In this document: piece after piece, positions 47,436 through 55,960 of the stretch | Position numbering within the stretch: the stretch's first letter is position 1 | How the letters are laid out: the number at the start of each line of letters is the position of its first letter | Origin: Bacillota bacterium | GTDB lineage: Bacteria; Bacillota_I; Bacilli_A; RF39; UBA660 | Direction of reading: 5' to 3' | Assembly (NCBI GenBank): GCA_015059445.1 | Contig: SVAK01000004.1 | Coordinates: 13,551 to 77,550 of the forward strand | DNA length: 64,000 nucleotides | Notes under the pieces: generated by a model | Database searches by the model: none | What the model was told of the DNA's origin: nothing | The model's input: the letters and a program-made list of their open reading frames with translations, nothing else | Program-made: the position numbers and the translations under genes

Positions 47436-49076
47436 ATGATATTAATTACTAATAAAAATGGAGAAAAAAAAGAATTTGAAAAGAATACAACTTACTATGA
47501 TATTAGTAAGGGGTTTAATTTGGGAAAAGAAGTATTAGGAGTAAAAATTAATAATGAAATATTTTCTTTAGATGATAAGGCAACTCAAGATGCAAAGGTT
47601 ACTTTTATTAATTTAAATGATTTAACGGGTAATAAAATGTATAAAAGTGGTTTGGAATTTGTTTTTGAAGTAGCTTTAAAAGAAGTGTTTCCTAATTTGG
47701 ATATAAATTACCAACATAGTGTTCCTAAAGGTGTTTTAGGTGAAATCGTTGGCGATAGGATAGTAAATCAAGAAGATTTGAGCAAAATAAAAAATGTAAT
47801 GGCTAGAATAATTTCTGAAGATAAAGTATTTAAAAAATTAAACATTAAGAAAAAAGAAGCTATTCAATTTTATAAAAATAATGGTCAAATTGAAAAAGCT
47901 GAAAATATTCAAAATATTTCAGATAAAGTTGTTACATTATATGAATTAAATGGTATATATAATTATTTTTATACTGATATGCCATATTCTACTGGCAGTA
48001 TTACTCAATATGATATTGTTTATTTAGGGCGTAATAGAGTTGTTTTTGTTGTTCCTAGTCATAGAACAAATGGAATATTACCAGAGTATGTCCATTATGA
48101 TAATATTATTAACTCCTTCTTAATAGGAAAGAACTGGCTAGAAACTCTAAATATGGAGTATGTTACATCCATTAATAGAAACGTTAGTAATGGTAAAATA
48201 AAGGATTTTATTAAATCATGTGAGTTGGTTTTTAATATTAATATATCAAAAGTTGTAAATGATATTACAAATAATAGAAATATAAAGTTTATATTAATTG
48301 CGGGACCATCAAGTAGTGGCAAAACAACAACTACAAAAAGGATTTCTTCTTATTTGTTAGCGCAAGGATTTGACCCGGTAAGTATTTCAATTGATGACTT
48401 TTTTGTAGATAGAGAAGATACTCCAAAAGATGAAAAGGGTAACTATGATTTTGAATGTTTAACAGCAGTGGATTTGAATTTATTGAATACAACATTACAA
48501 AAATTATTAAATAAAGAAAAAGTTAGTATGCCTACGTATAATTTTGTTTCCGGTAAAAAAGAATATAATGAAAATATTGTAGAATTGAAAGATAATAGCA
48601 TCGTTCTAATTGAGGGATTGCATACATTAAATGACGATTTGTTGCCGAGTATAGATAATGAGTATAAATATAAAATTTATTTGAGCCCTTTTATCCCATT
48701 AAATATAGATAGGCATAATTATATATCTACAATAGATTTGAGGCTTATAAGAAGAATAATTAGAGATAATCGCACTAGAGGTTATAACGTGAATAAAACA
48801 ATTAAATCATGGCAAAGTGTAAGAAATGGTGAAGAAAAATACATTTTTCCATTTATTCATCAAGCCGATATAATAATAAACACTGCGTTACCTTATGAAA
48901 TAGGTGTTGAAAAAGTATATATTGAACCACTTCTTCGTTCTATAAATGTGGATAGCGATTATTATGAAGAAGCAAGAAGATTATTAAATTTTTTAAAAAT
49001 GTTTTTTCCAATACCAAGTGAATATGTATCTGGAGATTCAATATTAAGAGAGTTTATAGGAGGAAATAATGATTAG
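47436..49076 (+). CDS. TGS / ThrRS-second-additional-domain-like N-terminus fused to a uridine kinase/PRK-family P-loop kinase
   Basis: An N-terminal TGS-like beta-grasp, a middle region, then Walker A IAGPSSSGKTTT and the PRK-family core (IEGLH..., LRLIRRIIRD). Confidence 0.68.
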   Translation: MILITNKNGEKKEFEKNTTYYDISKGFNLGKEVLGVKINNEIFSLDDKATQDAKVTFINLNDLTGNKMYKSGLEFVFEVALKEVFPNLDINYQHSVPKGVLGEIVGDRIVNQEDLSKIKNVMARIISEDKVFKKLNIKKKEAIQFYKNNGQIEKAENIQNISDKVVTLYELNGIYNYFYTDMPYSTGSITQYDIVYLGRNRVVFVVPSHRTNGILPEYVHYDNIINSFLIGKNWLETLNMEYVTSINRNVSNGKIKDFIKSCELVFNINISKVVNDITNNRNIKFILIAGPSSSGKTTTTKRISSYLLAQGFDPVSISIDDFFVDREDTPKDEKGNYDFECLTAVDLNLLNTTLQKLLNKEKVSMPTYNFVSGKKEYNENIVELKDNSIVLIEGLHTLNDDLLPSIDNEYKYKIYLSPFIPLNIDRHNYISTIDLRLIRRIIRDNRTRGYNVNKTIKSWQSVRNGEEKYIFPFIHQADIIINTALPYEIGVEKVYIEPLLRSINVDSDYYEEARRLLNFLKMFFPIPSEYVSGDSILREFIGGNND

Positions 49077-50076
49077 AGTAGCAATTAATGGATTTGGGCG
49101 TATTGGACGTATTGCGTTTAGAGAAATGATTACCGGAGTAGATTTTGATATTGTAGCTATTAATGATTTATCAAACGCAGAAGAATTAGCGCATTTAGTA
49201 AAATATGATACAATTCATCGCACTTTTCATGATGACGCTATCAAATTTGAAGATGCTGAAATAGTTATAGCAGGAAAAAAAAGAATAAAAGTTTTTGCCG
49301 AAAAAGATCCAGTAAATCTTCCATGGAGAGATTTAAATATCGATCTAGTTTTAGAATGTACGGGTGCTTTTACTAAATTAGAGGATGCCAGAAAACATAT
49401 AGAAGCAGGATCTAAAAAAGTTTTAATTTCAGCTCCTGGGAAAGGAGATATGAAAACTGTTGTCTATGGAGTAAATGAAAATATATTAACTGGTAATGAA
49501 GAAGTTGTATCTGCATCAAGTTGTACAACAAATTGCTTAGCGCCCTTATTAAAAGTTATTAATGACAATTTTGGAATTGAAAAAGGGTTCATGACTACCG
49601 TGCATGCATTCACAAATGATCAGGTGACATTAGATATATCGCACAAAAAGGGGATATATGCTCGCCGCGGTAGGGCAGCTAGTCAAAATATCATTCCGGC
49701 ATCTACGGGTGCTGCCTCATCTGTAGGTTTGGTTATTCCAGAATTAATGGGAAGAATGGATGGAGTAGCTTATCGAGTGCCAGTACCAGATGGTTCTCTT
49801 GTTGATGTGACATTAGAATTGAAAAGCAATCCTACTGTAGAAGAAATAAACGAAGTTTTTAGAAATAATCAAAGTGAAGCTATTAAAATTACTAATGACC
49901 CAGTTGTATCAAGTGACATTATTGGTAAAAGGTTAGGTGGTTTAGTTGATGGACTGCTTACAAATTCAGTTGAAGTTGATGGTAAGAAACTGTACAAAAT
50001 TGTTGCGTGGTATGACAATGAATTGGGTTATACTTCACAAATGTTGAGAACAGCTAAATCCATGTTTAAATATTAA
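49069..50076 (+). CDS. gap: Glyceraldehyde-3-phosphate dehydrogenase
   Basis: INGFGRIGR and SCTTNCLAP (catalytic Cys). Start overlaps the upstream gene by 8 nt. Confidence 0.96.
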   Translation: MIRVAINGFGRIGRIAFREMITGVDFDIVAINDLSNAEELAHLVKYDTIHRTFHDDAIKFEDAEIVIAGKKRIKVFAEKDPVNLPWRDLNIDLVLECTGAFTKLEDARKHIEAGSKKVLISAPGKGDMKTVVYGVNENILTGNEEVVSASSCTTNCLAPLLKVINDNFGIEKGFMTTVHAFTNDQVTLDISHKKGIYARRGRAASQNIIPASTGAASSVGLVIPELMGRMDGVAYRVPVPDGSLVDVTLELKSNPTVEEINEVFRNNQSEAIKITNDPVVSSDIIGKRLGGLVDGLLTNSVEVDGKKLYKIVAWYDNELGYTSQMLRTAKSMFKY

Positions 50077-50102
50077 TGTTAACTAATTGTTAACATTTTT
50101 TT
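50076..50102 (+). terminator. Rho-independent terminator between gap and pgk
   Basis: ATGTTAAC-taatt-GTTAACAT followed by T7. Confidence 0.6.
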
Positions 50103-50153
50103 CTTTTTATCATAAAAAACATTTAATATGATAAAATAGAACTGGTGAATAAT

Positions 50154-51305
50154 ATGAACTATTTAAGTAAATATCCAATAAAAAATAAGACAGTTTTATT
50201 ACGATGTGATTTTAACGTGCCTGTTAAAAATAATCAGATTACAGATGATAGTAAGATAGTAAAAAGTTTAGAAACAATAAAATTTTTGTTGCAAAATAAT
50301 AACAGAATTATATTATTAAGTCATTTTGGACGCGTAAAAGCCGAATCTGATAAACAAAACAATAGTTTATTTATAGTTTTTGAAGAACTAAAAAAATATA
50401 TTGATTTAGAATTTGTAGAAAATCCTTTAAATTTAGATAAAGTTAAAAATACTTCTGAAAAACATTGCTTTTTAGTTGAAAATACGAGATATACAGATGT
50501 TCCAGAGAAAAGAGAAAGCGCAAATGATTTGGATTTGGCCAATTATTGGGCATCGTTTGCAGATGTATTTGTTATAGATGCTTTTGCGTCATTACATCGG
50601 GTACATTCATCGACTGCTGGAATAAGTAAATACTTACCAACTTACATTGGCTTCTTAGTAGAAAGAGAGCTGGAGAATTTAAAGCTTTTAATAGAAATCT
50701 CAAGTCGTCCATTCGTTGTTATTATGGGTGGGGCTAAAGTTGATGATAAAATTCAAATTATAGAAGGTTTGTTAAATAGATGCGATAAATTAATTTTAAC
50801 TGGTGGAATATTAAATACTTTTTTAAAAGTCTCTGGTCGCAACATAGGCGATAGTTTAGTTTGTAAAGACGAAAAAATATTAGAAAGTGTAAAGAAAATA
50901 TTAAATAATTCTCAAGAAAAAATATATTTTACTAATAAATTTATTGTAAAGCGCAGTGATAGTATTGAAGAAGTAGATTTGGACCAGATTCAAGATGGCG
51001 ATATTATTTATGACAATATCATACATATAAAAGAAATTATAAAGGATTCAGAAATCATATTTTTAAATGGCACTTGTGGGGTTTTCGAAGAAAATGTTTA
51101 TGCAAAAGGCACATTGAATTTGCTCGAAAATCTATCTAATTGTAATGCTAAAATTATTGCAGGTGGAGGAGATACTGTATCAGCAATAAGTATTTTTGGC
51201 TACGAAAACAACTTTGATTATTTATCAAGTGGAGGCGGTGCTACACTTGAATATGTGGCATATGGTAAGTTAAAAGCATTAGATTGGATTAATAGTACAA
51301 AATAG
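50154..51305 (+). CDS. pgk: Phosphoglycerate kinase
   Basis: LLRCDFNVP...DDSKI, SHFGR and a C-terminal GGGDT...SSGGGATLEY. ATG 50154 follows a GGTGA SD; the track starts at GTG 50145. Confidence 0.92.
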   Translation: MNYLSKYPIKNKTVLLRCDFNVPVKNNQITDDSKIVKSLETIKFLLQNNNRIILLSHFGRVKAESDKQNNSLFIVFEELKKYIDLEFVENPLNLDKVKNTSEKHCFLVENTRYTDVPEKRESANDLDLANYWASFADVFVIDAFASLHRVHSSTAGISKYLPTYIGFLVERELENLKLLIEISSRPFVVIMGGAKVDDKIQIIEGLLNRCDKLILTGGILNTFLKVSGRNIGDSLVCKDEKILESVKKILNNSQEKIYFTNKFIVKRSDSIEEVDLDQIQDGDIIYDNIIHIKEIIKDSEIIFLNGTCGVFEENVYAKGTLNLLENLSNCNAKIIAGGGDTVSAISIFGYENNFDYLSSGGGATLEYVAYGKLKALDWINSTK

Positions 51306-51312
51306 AGGTATT

Positions 51313-53109
51313 ATGAGTGTAGATGTAGATATTTTAGATATAAAAAATTCATCAAGGGAACAACAAATAGTTTTTTTTGAAAACAATACAGAATTTATAG
51401 ACATGGCCTCGCGAGAAATATTAGATGATTTGTTTGACAGGAAATATAAATTACCAATAACCGTTAATCAATTTCTGTCATTAGCCTTAAACAGAAAAAA
51501 ATTTAATTATGATAATGTCAATAAATATTTGGCTACAAAAGAACTGTTGGATTTATTTGATAGTTTTCCAATTGCTTTTTTTTATTACTTTTACGCAAAA
51601 AATCCATTATTTGGAGCAAGACAAATAAATATAATAAAATTAAAAGCAGAAGACATACAAAATGAACAAAAAAAGATGGAATTTTTAGAATTATGTAATA
51701 AATTAAAATTATTAATAGTGCCCAGAATGGAACATTATGGTGCATATTATGATGCTAAAGGTTATCAAATAGCTAAATTATTATTTAATGATAAAGTGAT
51801 TGCTAATAATGAAATATCTTTATTGCATAGTTATTTAAAAACATTCGATAGAAATATATTGGTTGAAATTTTGTGTAATGCTTTCGGAGAACATATAAAA
51901 CAAATTTTTGCCAAAAGGCCGGAATTAGACCTTTATCATTTAATAAATATAAACTGTTTTGATAAAGTGTGGGTAGAAAACTTTGGAATAGGTTTTGTTC
52001 ACTATTTGCTAAATTATAATTTTGATTATTTAAATAAGATACTAGGCGATTTAACTAAGAAGCCTCATAAATTACAAAATTTTAAAAAATTATACCAGCT
52101 AATGGTTCAAACTCATAGTTTAGAAGATGCTACAGTCTTGCACGATACTTTAGAAGTGTATTATGAGCATGAAGTTTTTTTTGATAATCTTGATTTTGAT
52201 AAATTAACAGGCCAGCAAAAAGAAAATTTATCTTTACTAATAAATGATAATCCTATATTGTGGTTTTATATAAAAAGCCAGGAAGATCTAGAAAATTATA
52301 TGGATATTAGAAAAAATTTTTATATAAAATATGCTAATGAATTTGCTGTTGATGTAAATTTATTTATTCAAAGGTATTTAACAGGTATTTTCCCTAAATA
52401 TGGTTCAAAGACAGTAAATAAGTTGAATTTTGACTATTTAATTAAAGTCTATAATATAGAGAACATAGTAAAAGATGGCTCAGTTGCTGATGATATTGGT
52501 TTAAGTGAAGATGAAAAAGCATTATTATTGTTATTTTATAAATTAAAATCTTGTGACTATTCACCATCTGTTTATATTGAAATATTAAATATAATTTTGT
52601 CATATGAACATTTAAATCCTAAGACTTTTAAAAAAGTATTTGATAAAATAAAAAATTATTATACTCAAGCATTTAAAGGTCAATTAAGTGGCTCTAAAGA
52701 TTTAGATAAATTAAAAAAGTATGAAATAGATGGTATTACAGTAGTTGAATATAATGGTGAACCTTTCAATCATTTATGTTCTGTTAATACGTTAGATATT
52801 GGTATTCATGTAAAAAACAGCCCTCCTCTTTTTGGAAAGAATTTATTATATAGTTGGTTGCATAGAGAAGAAGAAGCTTCTACAACAATATCGACAACTA
52901 TTTATGCTTCGGATATCGACTTTGTGCCTTCAGCGCTTTGTAAAGGTCATATCAAATTTATTTTTGATAATAATGTTGATATTATAGCTTATGGAGGAAG
53001 TGATATAGCTGCCGGTCACAGACCGAGAGAACCATATCATTGTTTTGATTTTTCATTAGATACAGATTTACAATTTTCAAGCATTGTAGAATGTAAAAAA
53101 ACATGTTAA
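51313..53109 (+). CDS. Hypothetical protein, 598 aa, no recognisable domain; Cys/His-rich C-terminus
   Basis: Long uninterrupted ORF in a stop-rich AT genome. AGAGG SD, with the ATG 7 nt after the pgk stop. No TM, P-loop, HTH or kinase motif seen. C-terminus reads ..CKGH..GHRPREPYHC..ECKKTC. Confidence 0.7.
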   Translation: MSVDVDILDIKNSSREQQIVFFENNTEFIDMASREILDDLFDRKYKLPITVNQFLSLALNRKKFNYDNVNKYLATKELLDLFDSFPIAFFYYFYAKNPLFGARQINIIKLKAEDIQNEQKKMEFLELCNKLKLLIVPRMEHYGAYYDAKGYQIAKLLFNDKVIANNEISLLHSYLKTFDRNILVEILCNAFGEHIKQIFAKRPELDLYHLININCFDKVWVENFGIGFVHYLLNYNFDYLNKILGDLTKKPHKLQNFKKLYQLMVQTHSLEDATVLHDTLEVYYEHEVFFDNLDFDKLTGQQKENLSLLINDNPILWFYIKSQEDLENYMDIRKNFYIKYANEFAVDVNLFIQRYLTGIFPKYGSKTVNKLNFDYLIKVYNIENIVKDGSVADDIGLSEDEKALLLLFYKLKSCDYSPSVYIEILNIILSYEHLNPKTFKKVFDKIKNYYTQAFKGQLSGSKDLDKLKKYEIDGITVVEYNGEPFNHLCSVNTLDIGIHVKNSPPLFGKNLLYSWLHREEEASTTISTTIYASDIDFVPSALCKGHIKFIFDNNVDIIAYGGSDIAAGHRPREPYHCFDFSLDTDLQFSSIVECKKTC

Positions 53110-53459
53110 AATCTATTCGATTTCGTCAAAGAACCATTTCCTCTAAATTTTTATCAGTAGTCACAATTTTAAGAAAACAAAAAAATATTATTCAAATAGG
53201 AGATATGCCACTAAGAACAATGCCTATCGGAATATATGTGATTGGAGAAATTAGTGAAGAAGAAATAGAAACTGCAAGAGTTTTTAAAGACTATTATCGT
53301 GCGTATGGATTAGGAGATTTTAGAATAATAAAAGTAAATCCTGAAAAGTATACAATAGATTATACAAAATTTAGTAGAACATATAATGAAAATATTTTAC
53401 TTACAAGCATAGCTTCTTGGTATGAAGAAATTTGTGCTGTAATACAAAGAAGTAGATAA
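53103..53459 (+). CDS. Hypothetical protein, 118 aa, translationally coupled to the 598-aa ORF
   Basis: The ATG overlaps the upstream stop (ATGTTAA, 7-nt overlap). No motif recognised. Confidence 0.5.
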   Translation: MLKSIRFRQRTISSKFLSVVTILRKQKNIIQIGDMPLRTMPIGIYVIGEISEEEIETARVFKDYYRAYGLGDFRIIKVNPEKYTIDYTKFSRTYNENILLTSIASWYEEICAVIQRSR

Positions 53460-53590
53460 TTATTTTAAAATCGACATTTTTTTACACAAGTAGACAAAAG
53501 TTGTCAAAACTTCCTATAGCTTTTTGTCAAATTATCTTTTATAATGAATCTACAAGCAGTACAAAAAATTATATTTAAAGGAGAAAAATC

Positions 53591-54346
53591 ATGAAAACTA
53601 GTATTAAAGTTTTAGTTGTTGACAATAACGACTCAATGACTAAAGATATGATGAAGTACTTTAGCAGTCATGAAGTAATTGAAGTAGTAGCTTGTAAAAA
53701 AGATGGTGAAGAGGGATTAAGTTATATCTTAAATAATCACAGTAACATAGATGTAATAATTATGGATTTAATTATTCCCAAGTTAGATGGTTTATTTATA
53801 TTAAGTGAATTGGAAAAGAGAAGGATTAATAAAAACGTAATAATTACAACCAGTTTTAAAGATGATAGAATTATGGACGACGCTAATCAATATGGTATTG
53901 ATTATTATATGTTAAAACCTATTAATTTTATGAGTTTAGAGAAAAGAATATTAAGTATTAATATGAGAAAGAAAAGTGGTCGCTTATATAGTCAAGAAGC
54001 TATAATAACTGATTTATTACACAATTTAGGAATACCCTCACATATAAGAGGATATCAATATATTAAAGAAGGAATACTTATTGTATATAAAAGTGGTAAC
54101 AATATTTCTTATATTACTAAGGATGTTTATCCAGAAATTGCTATCAAATTTAATACTACTCCGACTAGAGTCGAAAGAGCTATTAGACATGCTATCGAAA
54201 TTAGTTGGAATAGAGGAGATTTAAATTTAATGGAAGAAATATTTGGTAACAGCCTAAACGTTAATAGAGATAAGCCTACTAATGCTGAATATTTAACTAC
54301 CATTGCAGATCGAATAAAACTAAATCATAACTTAGTTTGCAATTAA
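53591..54346 (+). CDS. spo0A: Sporulation master regulator Spo0A
   Basis: Receiver domain (VLVVDNND..., IIMDLIIPKLDG, LKP). Signature C-terminal domain HNLGIPSHIRGYQYIKEGI...ITKDVYPEIAIKFNTTPTRVERAIRHAIEISW...KPTNAEYL. Confidence 0.92.
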   Translation: MKTSIKVLVVDNNDSMTKDMMKYFSSHEVIEVVACKKDGEEGLSYILNNHSNIDVIIMDLIIPKLDGLFILSELEKRRINKNVIITTSFKDDRIMDDANQYGIDYYMLKPINFMSLEKRILSINMRKKSGRLYSQEAIITDLLHNLGIPSHIRGYQYIKEGILIVYKSGNNISYITKDVYPEIAIKFNTTPTRVERAIRHAIEISWNRGDLNLMEEIFGNSLNVNRDKPTNAEYLTTIADRIKLNHNLVCN

Positions 54347-54375
54347 AAAATTACATTTATTGTAATTTTTTTTTT
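54346..54375 (+). terminator. Rho-independent terminator after spo0A
   Basis: AAAAATTACA-tttat-TGTAATTTTT followed by a continued T-run. Confidence 0.65.
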
Positions 54376-54405
54376 AGTATGTTATATTAAACTTAAGGTG
54401 AGACT

Positions 54406-55899
54406 ATGAAAAAAATACTTACTATTATACTCGATGGTTTTGGAATGCGTGATGAAGTTTATGGTAATGCTATTAAAGATGCTGATATGACTTGTTTTAA
54501 CCAATTATGGGAAGAATATCCTCATTCTTTATTAAAAGCTTCAGAAACAGCAATAGGGCTTCGAGAAGGTCAAATTGGAAATAGCGAAGTTGGTCATAAA
54601 ACTATTGGTGCTGGTAGACTGATTAAACAAAATGAAATTTTGGTAGATGAATTTTTGAAAAGCAATGTCGAAGAAAATGAGATATTTCAAAAATTGTTAT
54701 TAAAAAAAGATAAAGATATTCATTTAATGGGGTTGTGTAGTGATGGCAATGTACATGCTGGAATAGATGATATGTTAAAAATGTATGAAATATTAGTAAA
54801 AAATGATTTTAAAAAACTACATTTTCATTTAATAACAGACGGAAGGGACACAGACATTCATTCATCATATAAATATATATCTCAAATAGAAGATGCTATA
54901 AAAAAACAACGAGTTGGTAATATTGCCACAATATGTGGAAGATATTACGCAATGGATAGAGATTATAATTATGATCGGACTAAATTATACTATGATTTAG
55001 TAACTAAAGGCGTAGGAATAAGTTCTTTAGATATTAATAAAACCATTCAAAAAATGTATGAAAAAAATATTACTGATGAATTTTTAAATCCAATAATTTT
55101 AGATAATGGCTCGTTAATAAAAGATGGTGATGTATTAGTTTGGTTAAATTATCGAGCTGATAGATCTAGGCAAATATTGGCTTCTTTTGTTGATAGTTTA
55201 TTTGATGGGTTTAACGCTTATAAAATGGATGAATTAGAAGTTTACAGCTTTTTTCCAATTGATAAATCAATACCAACTTTGCATTTTATTGAAAGACAGA
55301 GCATATCTAACGCTTTGGGCATTTATCTATCCGATTTAGGCTTAACGCAAGCCAGAATTGCTGAAACCGAAAAATTTCCTCATGTTACATATTTTTTTGA
55401 TGGTGAATATGCTGGAAAAATCCCAAAATGCAATACGTTTAATATTCCATCACCGGATGTTTCAACTTATGATTTAAAACCAGAAATGAGCGCTATAGCA
55501 GTTACAAAAAAATGTATTGAGTGCATGGTACAAGATTATGATTTTATTTTAGTTAATTTTGCTAATCCAGATATGGTTGGACATACCGGGGAATATGATG
55601 CTGCAGTTAAAGCTTGTATGGCGGTGGACTTATGCCTAGCCAAATTAATAGAAAAGGCTGATGAAAATTTTTATAAAGTGATAATCTTGGCGGATCACGG
55701 TAATGTTGAAATTATGTTGGATGAAAATGATAATAAAATTACTACTCATACTTTATCAAAAGTTCCTTTCATTATAGTAGACAAAAATATCTCTTTAAAA
55801 GAGGAGGGGGACCTTACAATGGTTGCGCCGACCATATTAGAATACATGGATATAGCAGTCCCAGAAGAAATGAAGGAAACAGATAATTTATTTGAATAA
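54406..55899 (+). CDS. gpmI: 2,3-bisphosphoglycerate-independent phosphoglycerate mutase
   Basis: LTIILDGFG, GNSEVGH, RDT/GRD motifs and ADHGN. Confidence 0.95.
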   Translation: MKKILTIILDGFGMRDEVYGNAIKDADMTCFNQLWEEYPHSLLKASETAIGLREGQIGNSEVGHKTIGAGRLIKQNEILVDEFLKSNVEENEIFQKLLLKKDKDIHLMGLCSDGNVHAGIDDMLKMYEILVKNDFKKLHFHLITDGRDTDIHSSYKYISQIEDAIKKQRVGNIATICGRYYAMDRDYNYDRTKLYYDLVTKGVGISSLDINKTIQKMYEKNITDEFLNPIILDNGSLIKDGDVLVWLNYRADRSRQILASFVDSLFDGFNAYKMDELEVYSFFPIDKSIPTLHFIERQSISNALGIYLSDLGLTQARIAETEKFPHVTYFFDGEYAGKIPKCNTFNIPSPDVSTYDLKPEMSAIAVTKKCIECMVQDYDFILVNFANPDMVGHTGEYDAAVKACMAVDLCLAKLIEKADENFYKVIILADHGNVEIMLDENDNKITTHTLSKVPFIIVDKNISLKEEGDLTMVAPTILEYMDIAVPEEMKETDNLFE

Positions 55900-55960
55900 A
55901 GTATTAACTAAATAAGAAAAATATGATATATATAATATAGTGAGGAGTAAAGGTGGTAAA

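Noticed and set aside
53091-53109. An A7 homopolymer (53095-53101) at the junction of the 598-aa and 118-aa ORFs. It could indicate a frameshift that splits one ~716-aa gene.
   Set aside because: The downstream frame has a TAA at 53094-53096 immediately before the run. A single-base slip within the A-run would therefore not fuse the upstream frame through a long open stretch beyond what the ATG-initiated ORF already gives. The ATGTTAA overlap is a normal coupling arrangement. An indel error cannot be fully excluded without reads.
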